Shown: positions 1 to 11,473 of the stretch, in pieces | Numbering within the stretch: the first letter of the stretch is position 1 | Layout of the letters: every line of letters starts with the position of its first letter | Source of the DNA: Blasia pusilla | Taxonomy: Eukaryota | DNA length: 64,000 nt | Assembly (NCBI GenBank): GCA_050084515.1 | Contig: CM114271.1 | Coordinates: 15,996,001-16,060,000 of the forward strand | Direction of reading: 5' to 3' | Position numbers and translations under genes: made by a program | Notes under the pieces: generated by a model | What the model was told of the DNA's origin: nothing | Seen by the model: the letters and a program-made list of their open reading frames with translations, nothing else | Databases searched by the model: none

Positions 1-438
1 ACCCACTCTCCTAATGAGAGGTTTGGGTTACACATACAGAAGGCAACCAAGACCATAGCTCCGTTGCCTCATGCCAAGAGGTTCAACAAAGAGAGAATGA
101 GTTCTCAAGCTCTTTCTCCTTGAGGTATACTGCTCCCCTCTTCCAAGTTCTCTCCATGATAATCTATGCTCTCAAGTCACCTCCTTGGCTCTTGACCTAA
201 TGTAGGAGGTCAAGGGCCATTTACCAAAAATATAAATTTAACCATATACTCAAAATGATACTTACATAACATAGTAAGTTCTTAAATATGGCTCCAAATG
301 AGCCCAAACGAAGGGAAATCATGCTCTCTCACATTTCTTGAGCCCTCAGCAGGTCATCCTCAACCTCTTGAGCTTGTCCTCCACTACTCACAAAGGCGTC
401 ATACTAGATCTCACCAATCTATCCTAAAAGATGTGACA
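1..438 (-). repeat. Terminal repeat A2 of copy 1 (truncated by window edge)
   Basis: Collinear with 25370-25805 (roughly 80-85% identity by eye); match ends exactly at GTGACA. Confidence 0.9.
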
Positions 439-440
439 GT

Positions 441-568
441 TGTCATGCGCATACACATCGCTACACAATATATATCGTTATCATTGAACACACACACAAA
501 CACGCACGATCCCATGCTTACTCATGGCATCCAAATAACAAGACAAGAAGTACCAAAATATCTCCAAT
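441..568 (-). repeat. Repeat B1 of copy 1, preceded by a polypurine tract (568-579)
   Basis: Reverse complement matches 27650-27776 and 28297-28418; AGAGGGGCGA lies immediately upstream on the element strand. Confidence 0.85.
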
Positions 569-749
569 CGCCCCTCTAGTTGGTGGTTAGGTCCCTCTAA
601 CTCCAGATAGCCATCTATCCCTACCTACCGTTGACATACATCTCTCGGACGCTAAGAGCAAAAAGGTCGGGTCCTCATGTGGCCCCATCGTTAGTCGCCT
701 TCTTGTCATCCATGTCACAGACACAAGTTGGAATCTAGAACTACATACT

Positions 750-1169
750 TTATGTACATCTGGGACACATCCATCGTCCCTTATGAACCCTAGTGGGAGG
801 TGGCGTCAGACATGCCATATGCGATCCTCTCGAACACCCATCATGGACTAGCATAGTGGTTGTACCATGGGCGGAACCACACAATATACATCGCAAGCCT
901 CGAGGAACTACTGCTAAGCTTGGATCAACTATACCATCAATGTTCAGAAGATGACATGGCACACAATCATGCACATGGTCCTTCCAAACCATACCATCGC
1001 GTCCCTCTAATAAGAGAACACTAGATGGCAAAACCTCACGCACTCTCAAGATGGTGCATCCTATAGTCACATCCAACATCGTGGGTGCCGTCTGCTGCAA
1101 GTAGACATAGTCTCTGTGATGAAACCTCCAGATAGTAGGTCGATAACCACCTCACCGAATAGTCGCATA
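750..1169 (-). pseudogene. Integrase C-terminus with PHD finger (copy 1)
   Basis: CILC...HDGC SRGSH MAC LTPP...WMCPRC; one Cys mutated relative to copies 2 and 3. Confidence 0.85.
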
Positions 1170-1460
1170 CACTAGAAGAAAAGCATGACTTTTATGACTA
1201 CAACTAAAATGACTGATGTTTTTCATGACTCAAACGTATGACTAGAATGTCCCTTAGTCATATGGTAGTCATATCTTTCCATCAAATACTAACATCTTAG
1301 TCATATAAAATATGACTGATGTTTTTCATGACTCAAACGTATGACTAGAATGTCCCTTAGTCATATCTTTCCATCAAATACTAACATCTTATTCATATAA
1401 AAATATGACTAAGTCATTGTAGAATTTTGGGATATGGCTCCATCATGTCCCAAAATGACT
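1170..1460. repeat. CACTA left TIR and subterminal ATGACT/AGTCAT repeats, including an about 100-bp tandem duplication
   Basis: Dense ATGACT/AGTCAT motifs in both orientations; 1209-1311 repeated at 1312-1410. Confidence 0.85.
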
Positions 1461-1928
1461 TGCTAAGAATTGAGTTATTTTAAAACTCTAACACGTAATA
1501 TTTCAGTCTTATGAGAATATGAGTGAGTGATTGAATAACTTTGGATTTCTCCTTAGTTATATCATGAAATATCTCACAAAATGTTGAGTCATTTTGTATC
1601 AAATGAGTTATATTTATGAATTAATCATAAATAAAAATGCTATAAATTTTATTTATGATTAATAATTAAAAAATTCAATAGAATAATGATTTCAGCTTTA
1701 CTTTTATTTTGAACCAAATGAAAAAAAATACTCCCACCTTGATGGAATTAAACATCATTCACAAAAAAAAATTTCGCTTGTAGGTGGGTTGGGAAAAAGT
1801 CCTATAAACACTTACCTTATGAAGAGCGATGGATCTTAGCTATAGGAGGCAAGAGTAGTGTCACTCACAAGAAGGCTTTCCTAACGAAGACGATACCTAA
1901 GGAAGAGAATAAGCTTGCGGCAAATGAC

Positions 1929-2291
1929 GAGGGCGGGATCGAGCTCATATGTAGAGTCGAAGGCAAAGAGAGCAAACGCGGGAGAGATAGCTAGTGTGAG
2001 TGAGCCTAAGGCAGAGTGAGAGTCAACGCACAAGAGCTTGATTGAGTGAGCCCGAGGAGGAGAAAGACCTAATGCGAGAGTGCACAAGTTACCTTGAGGC
2101 ATAGAGAGCTAACAACAAGGGCGAGATCAAGCTCATGTGTAGAGCCAAAGGCAAAGAGAGCAAACGCGGGAGAGCTAGCTAGCGTGAGTGAGAGCTAAAG
2201 CATCAGAGGGAGAGCTAACTCATGAGAGCATGATCGAGTGAGCCCGAGGAGGAGAGAGTGCGCAAGTTAGCTCGAGGCATAGAGAGAGCTA
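1929..2291 (+). repeat. Purine-rich tandem duplication, about 185-bp unit
   Basis: GGCAAAGAGAGCAAACGCGGGAGAG and GAGTGAGCCCGAGGAGGAGA each occur twice about 185-190 bp apart. Confidence 0.8.
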
Positions 2292-2610
2292 TTTCTCGAG
2301 GAAGACATAGAATGTTGAGGCAGATCCGGAGAAAGAATGCTAAGGTAAAGAGATATGGTTCCGAATGTGGAGCACACTGCAACATTACATTGCAGAGTAC
2401 CGAGATCAAGGATCTAGGGTTGAGCTCTAGCCCTGGCTGTGGGTTTTTGGCATGACAAATGCGCTTACGGGTTAGTTTCTCTTACTTACGAAATTGGATT
2501 GAGAGTTTTTGCTCAAGTACATTCAATAGATTTCCTTCATGAATAGGAGCTATTCGTCTATTGAAATCCCCGTCTCTATCACATATATTTTTCGACGGTG
2601 ACCACTCATT

Positions 2611-3560
2611 TTACAGAATGATTATCGTGGGTAAATCCAGTGGAGTAGAAACTGGCTTTTCCTCAGCCATTCTATACCTTGTCAGCATCGCATCAATGTA
2701 GTGAGTCTGACTGAGTCTAATCCATCCTTCTGCTCTGTTCCTCTCAACTTTAGTTCCAAGAATGAACTTCACTGGGCCTATGATAGTCATAGCAAAGACT
2801 GAGCAAAGATTGTCCTTTGCTTCCTGGATTTCTTTCTTACTTTTGCCTAGCAACAGGAGGTCATCTACATACACTGCAATAAACAATGTACCATTTTTGT
2901 AGTAAACACTCAAATCTGCATGAGCTCTACAAAACCCCTGTTCCCTAAGGTAAGAGTCCAACTTTTCATACCAGGCTCTTGGAGCCTGTTTAAGACCATA
3001 CAATGCCTTCTTCAACAAACATGCATTGCCCCTATGTCCACCATACCCATCTGGAACATCCATGTAGATGGTTTCCTTCAGTCTCCATTGAAAAGCATTC
3101 TCCACATCTAATTGCTCCACCTCCCAATCTTCTTCTTGACTTGAGCTAAAAGCAACCTTATGGAACAGGACCGGTACTCTACAGGAGCAAAAGTCTCTGT
3201 ATAATCAACTTCAGCTTGCTGATTGAAACCCTTTGCTACAAGACAAGCTTTGTACTTTACCACTTCATTGTTAGCTCCTCTCTCGATCTTGAAAACCCAT
3301 TTGCAACCAATGGATCTCCTATCTTTGGGTAGATCAGTCCACTCCCATGTGCCATTCTTTGCAAGAGACTTTTCTCTTGATCAATGGCAATCTCCCACTT
3401 GCTCCAATCAGGTCTACTCATAGCCTTTGTGCAAGTGTTTTCAGTTCATCTTCTCCATCCATAGTAAGACAAGCTTCTTCATCCATTGAGGAGTGAGCAC
3501 ATTTCTCATGATGAACTCCCAACTTTGTCAATAGGTGTTCTCGTTCTTCCGGATCTCCTT
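2611..3560 (-). pseudogene. Ty1/Copia reverse transcriptase fragment inside the CACTA
   Basis: NGTWEWTDLP...CKWVFKI, QLDVENAF, LKKALYGLKQAPRAWY, YVDDLLL; frameshifted; no LTRs seen. Confidence 0.9.
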
Positions 3561-3850
3561 GGCAATGTCTCGCCACTTCTTGGTTTGTGCATCTTGAGGT
3601 ACTGGTATTTTGACAAGCTGAAAGTTGGATTCCTGATGATTCTCCTCAGTTTGGACAACTTTCTGCCTTCTCCTGACATATAGATAGTTTCATATAAATT
3701 CCACGTACTACAACACGTGAGTTCATTGTCCCACATCAACTCCAAAATGCAACAACACCGCTTCCCATGGAGTCGACCACTTCTGGAAGTGCGGATTCAT
3801 CATAGGCGAGACAATGACAGAATCCAAAGGGATCCAACACACTCACTGAC

Positions 3851-4900
3851 CTTGACTTTGAATGAGTTCAATACCCGTGCCTGCGAACTCTGTTGAAGTG
3901 GGATATTGAACGGGAGGGTCTAACATAGAACCTTCATCCTCGTCAGGCATGAGAGGGCGCACCCTGCAGAACACTCGTACATTGCCCTTGAGCTCCTGCG
4001 TATTCCAATCCAGCAAAGTTATCGTACTCCCTTCTCTTCATCAGTGATCCAAACCCGGTATCGGTGGCAGACACATGACTTATAAACAAACAGGATGTCA
4101 CAATATAGGACATCTTCATCAATGACCATGTACTGGATAGTCATGACAAAATGGCATTCAAAAAATAGTAGGAGACTCCAACGTGGAACAGAGGTTACCA
4201 AAATGGTGTTATGGAGCTTCCTTCTTACAAGCTCCCCATCATGAATTTTGATCTCAACTTCACAAAGTCTCTCCTGAACTTCTTCCAGTTTACCTTTGTA
4301 TTCGTCCCCTTTACATTCGTTCTCTGCTATTCTTTCCTCTGTCATCTGGTAAAATCGCAATGTACGGGGCTTGGTGAAGAAGGACCCAGATAAAGTTTCC
4401 AAATCTTCAGAAACCTACACCCTTCCGTGCAAGTGAAGCTTGATTGGTAAAAGTCTACTGGACATGTGCGTACCTTCAACTTTTGGTGCGCAAAGTCCAG
4501 TTTCTGTCGCAAGGCCTTCATTTGCTCACTTTGTGACGTGTATCCTTCCTAGAAAGCATCAATTCAACTGGAAAATCAACCTCATGGATCATTTTCTTGT
4601 TCCATTCATGCGATCATGGTTAGAGACCAGCCAGGTTTGGAGTAAAGCTCGACCACAGGAAAACTTGAAGGACGACGGTCAATTTCTACCAGATCTCATG
4701 TCCAACGTTAACTCACAGAATTCACAATGTAAGCGAATACTACCTCTAGGGCAACAGCTTTGCTGCTCATCAATTCAAGCTCAACAGCAAACTTCCCGGT
4801 GCATTCTTTGTACCGCATGTTCTCCTCGATGAGAGCCTGCACTTGACTGGCCCTTTGTTCTTTATAAATCGTCTGTTATTTGCACCTCCCCACGTATCCT
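3851..4900 (-). pseudogene. Captured genomic fragment of a kinesin-14 (ATK1/KIFC1-like) gene, 4 exons with introns
   Basis: Exons about 4744-4900, 4474-4548, 4199-4345, 3851-3995 with GT-AG borders; spliced product ...GELVRRKLHNTIL|ELKGNVRVFCRVRPLMPD... is the C-terminal-motor kinesin neck. Confidence 0.85.
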
Positions 4901-5169
4901 CTCGGCTTCTTCCCTCAACTCTTTATTCTGTTTCAGTCTCTCCTGCATTATGGCATGCGCATTTCGAGGCATAGAGTTCCTTCAGCTAGAAGATTCTCAA
5001 GCTACAATTTAAGATCTCCAATTGCTTCTTTGAATTCCTTGGTGAGCACCCCAAATCCTTTCATTACATTACACGTCAGTCTGGAAAATGAAATATAGAC
5101 GAATGGCAGGCAGATTTATCACTTCAATACCTTGTTTGCATCAAGCTGATCATGGAGGTCAATCAAATA

Positions 5170-5730
5170 TGTGTAATTGCATTACTGTGTAATTGCATTT
5201 GTTGCTGTTGATATTTTTGCTACTGCTGATGTTGTTGTTGCTCCTGCTGCAACAACTACTGATCTTGTTGCTGAAATAAAAGTTTTTGATTCTACTGTTG
5301 TAGCTGCTCCTATTGTTGTTACATCTGCTATTACTGTTGCATCCGCTACTGCTGTCATTGATAATGCTTTTGGTTGTACAATCTACTGCTGCTCCTGCAG
5401 CAATTTGTGTTCATGTTGCTGAAGTAAAAGTTGTTGTTGCTACTGTTGTAACTGCTCCTGCTATTGTTGCATCATCTGCTGTTGTAATTGATGTTGCTTT
5501 GGTTTTAAAATCTTTTGCTGCAACAATTACTATTCCTGCTGCTGAAGTAAAAGTTGTTGTTGGAGTTGTTATAGTTAGTCGTGTTGTTGTTGCATCTGTT
5601 GTTGCTGTAATCGATGTTGCTTTTGTTGTATAACCTTTTGCTACGTCTAATGCTATTGTAAGTACTGCTAATGTTGTGTTAATTATTGTTTTTTTTGTAG
5701 CTGTTGATGATATTGCTGTGTTTGTTGAGA
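5170..5730. repeat. Low-complexity GTT/GCT-rich degenerate tandem repeat
   Basis: GCTGAA(A/G)TAAAAGTT recurs near 5270, 5418 and 5541; Val/Ala/Thr-rich ORFs in several frames. Confidence 0.7.
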
Positions 5731-5958
5731 AGAGCCAACAAAAGAGCCCTCCCATTTATGAGATTGAATACTTTGCAAATTTTGACAAAGCTTTATGATT
5801 TTGAGCCATGCAGGATTCAGTACTACTTGTACTCGAAGCTGGTTGTTGCTTCATGTTGTGAGCGCCATCGATCACCTGTGTGTAGCTCTCCCTGTGTGCA
5901 ACTCTCCCCGATACTTTTCCAAGGTATTTTTCAGAGGACCACTACTTTACCTTGAAGG

Positions 5959-6546
5959 ATGAATCCAGTTGACCAACCACCGCTTGATGTACAAATTGAA
6001 CTTCATGGCAGCCTACGACTACATCAAAGACAACCTTCCTTGGTTCAACGCATCCAAAGTCTACCTACTGAAGTTCAAGTGATGATTTGTTCTTTACACT
6101 CACGTCACTATTGGTATTGGACCTGGCATGAACGAATTGAGAATTGGCGCTTTCATTCAAAAGCACGCCATGTATATGTGACGGTCTCTGATTTCGTGTC
6201 TAGGCAAGAGGATCGATACTCCATCCTTCTTTGGTTGATGATGGGTGTTACAGAGATCATGACCCTTCATATCTATCATGATTCTGATGGCATGGTCGTC
6301 GGTGAGGACTCTTCACCCATATTTAGGAAGGCGTTGGCTCTTATCCATGCAGCTATTGCATATTCTGGGAAACCATGTATAGTCAGATTTGAGTTCTCTT
6401 CTGTGAGAATGGAGAGACTTCCTGGTGAGAGAATATGCAGCACAACTGGTTATCGTAGGGAGAACTTGAGTGGTCTTCTTTGCCCATGTTGTGCTCATTT
6501 TTGTTGTGGCCCTATTTGGTGGCGTTCAAGGAGAGCAACTTGGTAG
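5959..6546 (+). CDS. Hypothetical 195-aa ORF within the CACTA, weak F-box-like N-terminal motif
   Basis: ATG-initiated ORF; IQSLPTEVQVMICS resembles the F-box LP.E...I pattern; nothing else recognisable. Confidence 0.3.
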   Translation: MNPVDQPPLDVQIELHGSLRLHQRQPSLVQRIQSLPTEVQVMICSLHSRHYWYWTWHERIENWRFHSKARHVYVTVSDFVSRQEDRYSILLWLMMGVTEIMTLHIYHDSDGMVVGEDSSPIFRKALALIHAAIAYSGKPCIVRFEFSSVRMERLPGERICSTTGYRRENLSGLLCPCCAHFCCGPIWWRSRRATW

Positions 6547-7662
6547 GTTTGGAACTTTCAAACTCTATAACTTTTTGAGTGAGATTGACTTCATTTTGTT
6601 AAAAAGGCAGAAAAGGATGGTTTTAAGGAACTCATGTATTACAAGTGATAGAGAAACTATTTTCACCAATGACTATAGATTGGAATTTTGGATATATATA
6701 CCAGATTTTGAGATGAAGTAAGAGGGAGCTAGTAGAGAAAGTGGAGCTCAAAGCCTATTTTGGAACACTGACTTTTGATTTAAACTGGTTTATAATGACC
6801 ATCAACTTCGGATAGAAAGCCATTGTCCAGTTGATGTAAATACGGATGATTTCAATTTTTGCATGAATGGATAGGCCAAGTGGTTTGATTTTCTATATCT
6901 TACCATACCATCAACATAGAATGCAATATCACGCAAAATTTACCACAAAATGCAGTATTCTGGATGACAAAAAAATCAGGGCAGCAAAGTGTTTGTGGAG
7001 TTGTGATGTGGCTAAAAATTGAACCGGGTTTTGTTATGTAGCGATGAGGGCTAATCCTCTGACTCTGTGGTTTTCTTTTAATGCATAATTTTCCCAAAAA
7101 AAACTTAAAGCTACAATGTTTAAATGAAGAAATGTAGAAGAAATAACCATACCTTTCAAACAGACAACCTAAAGATAAGGCATTTGACATGGAAATGGTC
7201 TGAAATTCTGAAATCATAGATAAATCATCACTTGAAGTGCACATAGACTTAGGGAAAATTAAATCTTATACCACCTTATAGTATTCAAACTATATTGATG
7301 TATTTATATCTGATCATTCACGTGATACAATCTCTATGCATATACTTAAGACATCTGCATGTGTCATGTTGTGAAGGTGTGTGTCAAAGTTCATTTGTGG
7401 ATTGTAGAGGATCAAATTATCACTATCAGAGAAGGATATCAACGAGAGGTTTATATTTCCCGGAGGGGTATACTTGATATACTCAAGGTACGTAGATAAT
7501 TACGGATTCTCCCTTCATTTATATTGAAATCAACATATTTTGCTCCAATAGATATCCACCATACTGAAACATTTTCACTTCCATGTTTATAATGTTAGGA
7601 ACAATGGGATGCCATAATTTCCTTCATTCATTTACCTCTGTTCTTATTAACTTGACGTAGGG

Positions 7663-10600
7663 GTGATGATACCACAAAGGACTGCTCACGTCCGGTTGGA
7701 TTTGACACATCCTCATAGAATCCAAGCACACGACTATAAGTTGTGGCAAAGGGAGTGCGATAAGTCTCGCAAACTAGGGAGGAAGAGGGCAAGATGCCCT
7801 TGTACAGAGTGCAAGGGCGGAACTACCTTGGGACTAGCAAAGGTAGAAGACCATCTAAGGAAAAATGGTCGATCTCATCTTTGTCGAGTTCCAAAAAGTA
7901 GGGAGGAGTGGGACTCTTCAGATGAGGAGTTGCTCACACAACAAGAGGTCAATGACAAGTAGCAACGTGAGCACATTATGCAATCCTATGTTAGACCTGA
8001 AATCTCGCATCCAGAGAATCCTGATTTGGATGTTGATATTGATGTTCCCCAGATGTTGAATGATATTTTTAGAGAATATGATCATCTCCATGATGAGGAT
8101 ATGGTTGTTGATGAAAGTGGGACAGAGAACGAGAACCTCAATGAAACCAATGATCCAAATATTCCATCAGATTTTCATGAGCTTACCGCAGCATGCAAGC
8201 CACTCTTCCCTGGAGCCAAGACTTCTTTACTTGCATTTGTTATGCTCCTTTTCAATATTGGTACGACCCATGGGGTCCCTAATATTGTAATTGATGAGAT
8301 ATTGAAACTCCTACGTAAGATGGTACTCCCATCTGAAAATCTTGTCCCACCATCATACTATGCAGCAAATAAACTCATTAGTAAACTTGATATGAGCTAC
8401 AACTCTATCCATGCCTGCCCTAAAGGTTGTGTTCTATTTCGAGGGGACTTGGAAGGTGCAGAAATTTTCCCGAAGTGTGGGAATGCTAGGTTCAAGCAAG
8501 CCAGGAAGTCTTTAGTACCAAATAAGGTATTGAGACACTTCCCTTTAATCCCGCGGATCCAGCGTATGTATAGGTGTAGGGCCTTGTCTGAGTTATTGAG
8601 TTGGTCTTCTGAGAACAAAAGTAAGGATGGCATGGTAAGACATGCAGGGGACAGTAAGGCTTGGAATCATATTGATTGTTTGTACCCAGATTTTGCTATA
8701 GAGGGTAGAAATTGTAGGTTTGGTTTAGCACTTGACGGAGTTAATCCATACTCTGATAAGGCAAGCTCATGGTTAGCATGGCCAATCCTATTGGTTAACT
8801 ACAATTTGCCACCTTGGCTTCGAAAAAAAAAGTTTTTTATCATGTTGGCTCTTATCATACCTGGTAAGGAGAGTGTGAATGGAGAGAATATCAATACCTT
8901 CTTGGCCCCCTTCGTAGAGGAGTTTAGGAAGTTGTGGAATGGAATTGAATTCCACGATGTGAAAAAGACCATATGGGTTCAAATTTAGAGCCATGATCTT
9001 ATGGACTATAAGTGATTATCCAGCCTATGGCACAATCTCAGGGCAAAGCCATGGTGGAAAACTTTCATGTACCGTATGTGGACCGTATGTGGATTCAGAT
9101 TTATCCAAACAATGTGGAAAGCCTATATTTGGCGGTCATAGAAGACATCTTCCACTAGACCATGTTTGGAGAGGGCGACCTTATGGCCCTCGATTCAATG
9201 GTGAGAGTGAGTCTAGACCACCACCGCCAAGGATTACATCAGATGAAATTCTGGAATGGGCTGAAGAGAAAAAAATATATGACGATGGAGGTGGTTGAGA
9301 GGATGCTCCTACTGATCCATACAAGAGGACAGGGGTCAAGCGGCAAAGTATACTCTTTGATTTGCCATACTGGAAAGTATCCAAAAAATATCTAATTATT
9401 TTCAAATTTTTGTTGTGATAGGTGATATAATTACTTATCTCTTGTCAACCATTAATATGCATATATTTTTCCTTGACCTCAACGTAGCATCTGCTGATAC
9501 GACACACCCTAGATGTTATGCATGTGGAGAAGAATATATCTGAGAATCTAGTTAAAACTCTATTTGGGATGAAGGATACAATGAAGGTTAGAAGAGATAT
9601 GGAGGCTCGTGGAATTTGACCTCACTTATGGTTACAACCCCATCCAAGTAAAGCAACAGGGTTAGTGAAACCTCAATGTGATTATGTTTTATCACCTCAT
9701 GAAATGTCCATTTTCCTAGCTAGGATTGAATCCACGAAAGTGCCTACAGAATATAGTGCGGAGTTGAAGAAGCACGTGGTTAAAAAGAAATTGGGATCCA
9801 TGAAGTCACATGATTATCATGTGATGATTCACCAAATCCTTCCCTTTGCCCTTCGTGGGCTAATGAAGGATCCAATTCGCTCATCAATCATGCGTTTGAG
9901 TAAGATATTTAGGTTATTGTGTTGTAAAGTGTATGATCGTACATGCTATGAACAACTACAAAAGGATACAGCAATTACCCTTTGCCTATTGGAGATGCAC
10001 TTTCCACCATCATTTTTTGATGTGATGACACATCTTCTTATCCACGTTGTCCAAGAATTGGATATATGTGGGCCTTTAGCTTGCTGATGGATGTATCGAA
10101 TGGAAAGATACATGGGTACTCTGAAAAAATATGTTAGATCTAAAGCTCGCCCAGAGGGATGTATGGCGGAGGGGTATATCAAAGATGAGGCATTGGGATT
10201 TGTGAGTGAGTATATGAAAAGATTTGAGGATGTGAGGACACGAATATGGGATGACGGCCCGAATCGAAGGGTCGGGGGGAGGAGTTGGAAGGTGCAGGAC
10301 GTGAAATCATATTATCCCGAGAAATGACTATCTTGGCACACCACTATGTCCTACACAATATGGAGTGTATGGTAATGTGGCGCAGGTAAATTTCAACTAT
10401 ATTCAATGAATTCAATGTATGGAAATCCTGAACCTGATCTTCTGAACCTTACATGTTTGTTTAAGCTTCCACGTCACCTTATTCTTTGGTGATGTTCTTT
10501 CTTTCTACCAGGAAATTTGAGGCTGAGAATGCATCAGTTTCTTTTGAAGAGTGGATTCAACCAGCTATCCTTCGAGATGCTTGGGAAAAAGATGGGAAGG

Positions 10601-11260
10601 AGGATGAAGAGCTATTGGCTTTGTCAATTCCTCCACAAGCAAAAGTTCTCTCATACAAGTCTATGAAGGCTTATGGCAATCACTATAGGGTAGAGGGAGA
10701 GGGTGGATATAATGCATACTCCACTTACGATAGTGGAATTGGAGCAATATTTTTGGATGAGGGTAATGATGATCGAATTGTGCTTATTCATATGTGGGAG
10801 TTCTGGTCGATGTAATTGCGCTTGATACGGGATTGTTGATCAACCTGTAATATTAATGAGAGGGAGGTGGGTGAGGGCAGATTGGAAATCACGGATGCCA
10901 TCCATGAAGCGAGACCGTGAAGGCTTCCTACTTGTAAACCTTAGATCTTGTGAACCTATCAACCATCAACCCTTTGTGTTCCCATCTCAAGTGGAACAAG
11001 TCTTTTTTGGAGATACGAACAAAAGAAGTGGATGGAAGGTTGTTTTGAGAAAAGAAGCTAGATCCCGTCGAGTAATTTTGGATATCTATGATGGTGGAAA
11101 CCTAGATGAAGGATATTTTGTTGCAATTGACCAGATTGAAATGCCATCAGGAAGAGTGCCACTAGCTAACACTCTAGGTGCTGTAGAGCTCACTGCTGAA
11201 GAGGTGGTGACTGCAAATAGAGATTGTAATAATGTCCCTATCATCCAAGTGTCCACATAA
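7663..11260 (+). pseudogene. CACTA transposase (TnpD-like), with introns, frameshifts and stops
   Basis: CPCTECK...HLRKNG associated domain; IHACPKGCVLF, GLALDGVNPY, YNLPPW, TISDYPAYG (Transposase_21); DVMHVEKN; MKSHDYHV, FPPSFFDVMTHL, WMYRMER; QPFVFPSQVEQVFF. Confidence 0.92.
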
Positions 11261-11473
11261 GTGCTTTATGAAGAAGAGAGCTCCAAAGAGGATGTAGAGA
11301 TTTAATTTTCCTTTTGTTCAAATATTAGAGATACATGCGGTTTGCTTTGAGAAGTGAGTCAAAAGTCATGGTTCTAGTTTAACCTTTGTGTGAGATGTTT
11401 GCATTTGTCAATCATGCATGATAACTCTCCTGATTCAACTCCTTGACGACATTTTTCAACAGAACCTTTCATA

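Noticed and set aside
1185-1460. CRISPR-like array
   Set aside because: Short ATGACT motifs in both orientations without unique spacers; these are CACTA subterminal repeats
5177-5755. Mucin-like or antifreeze-like protein
   Set aside because: ORFs in several frames arise from low-complexity triplet repeats; no signal peptide or gene structure
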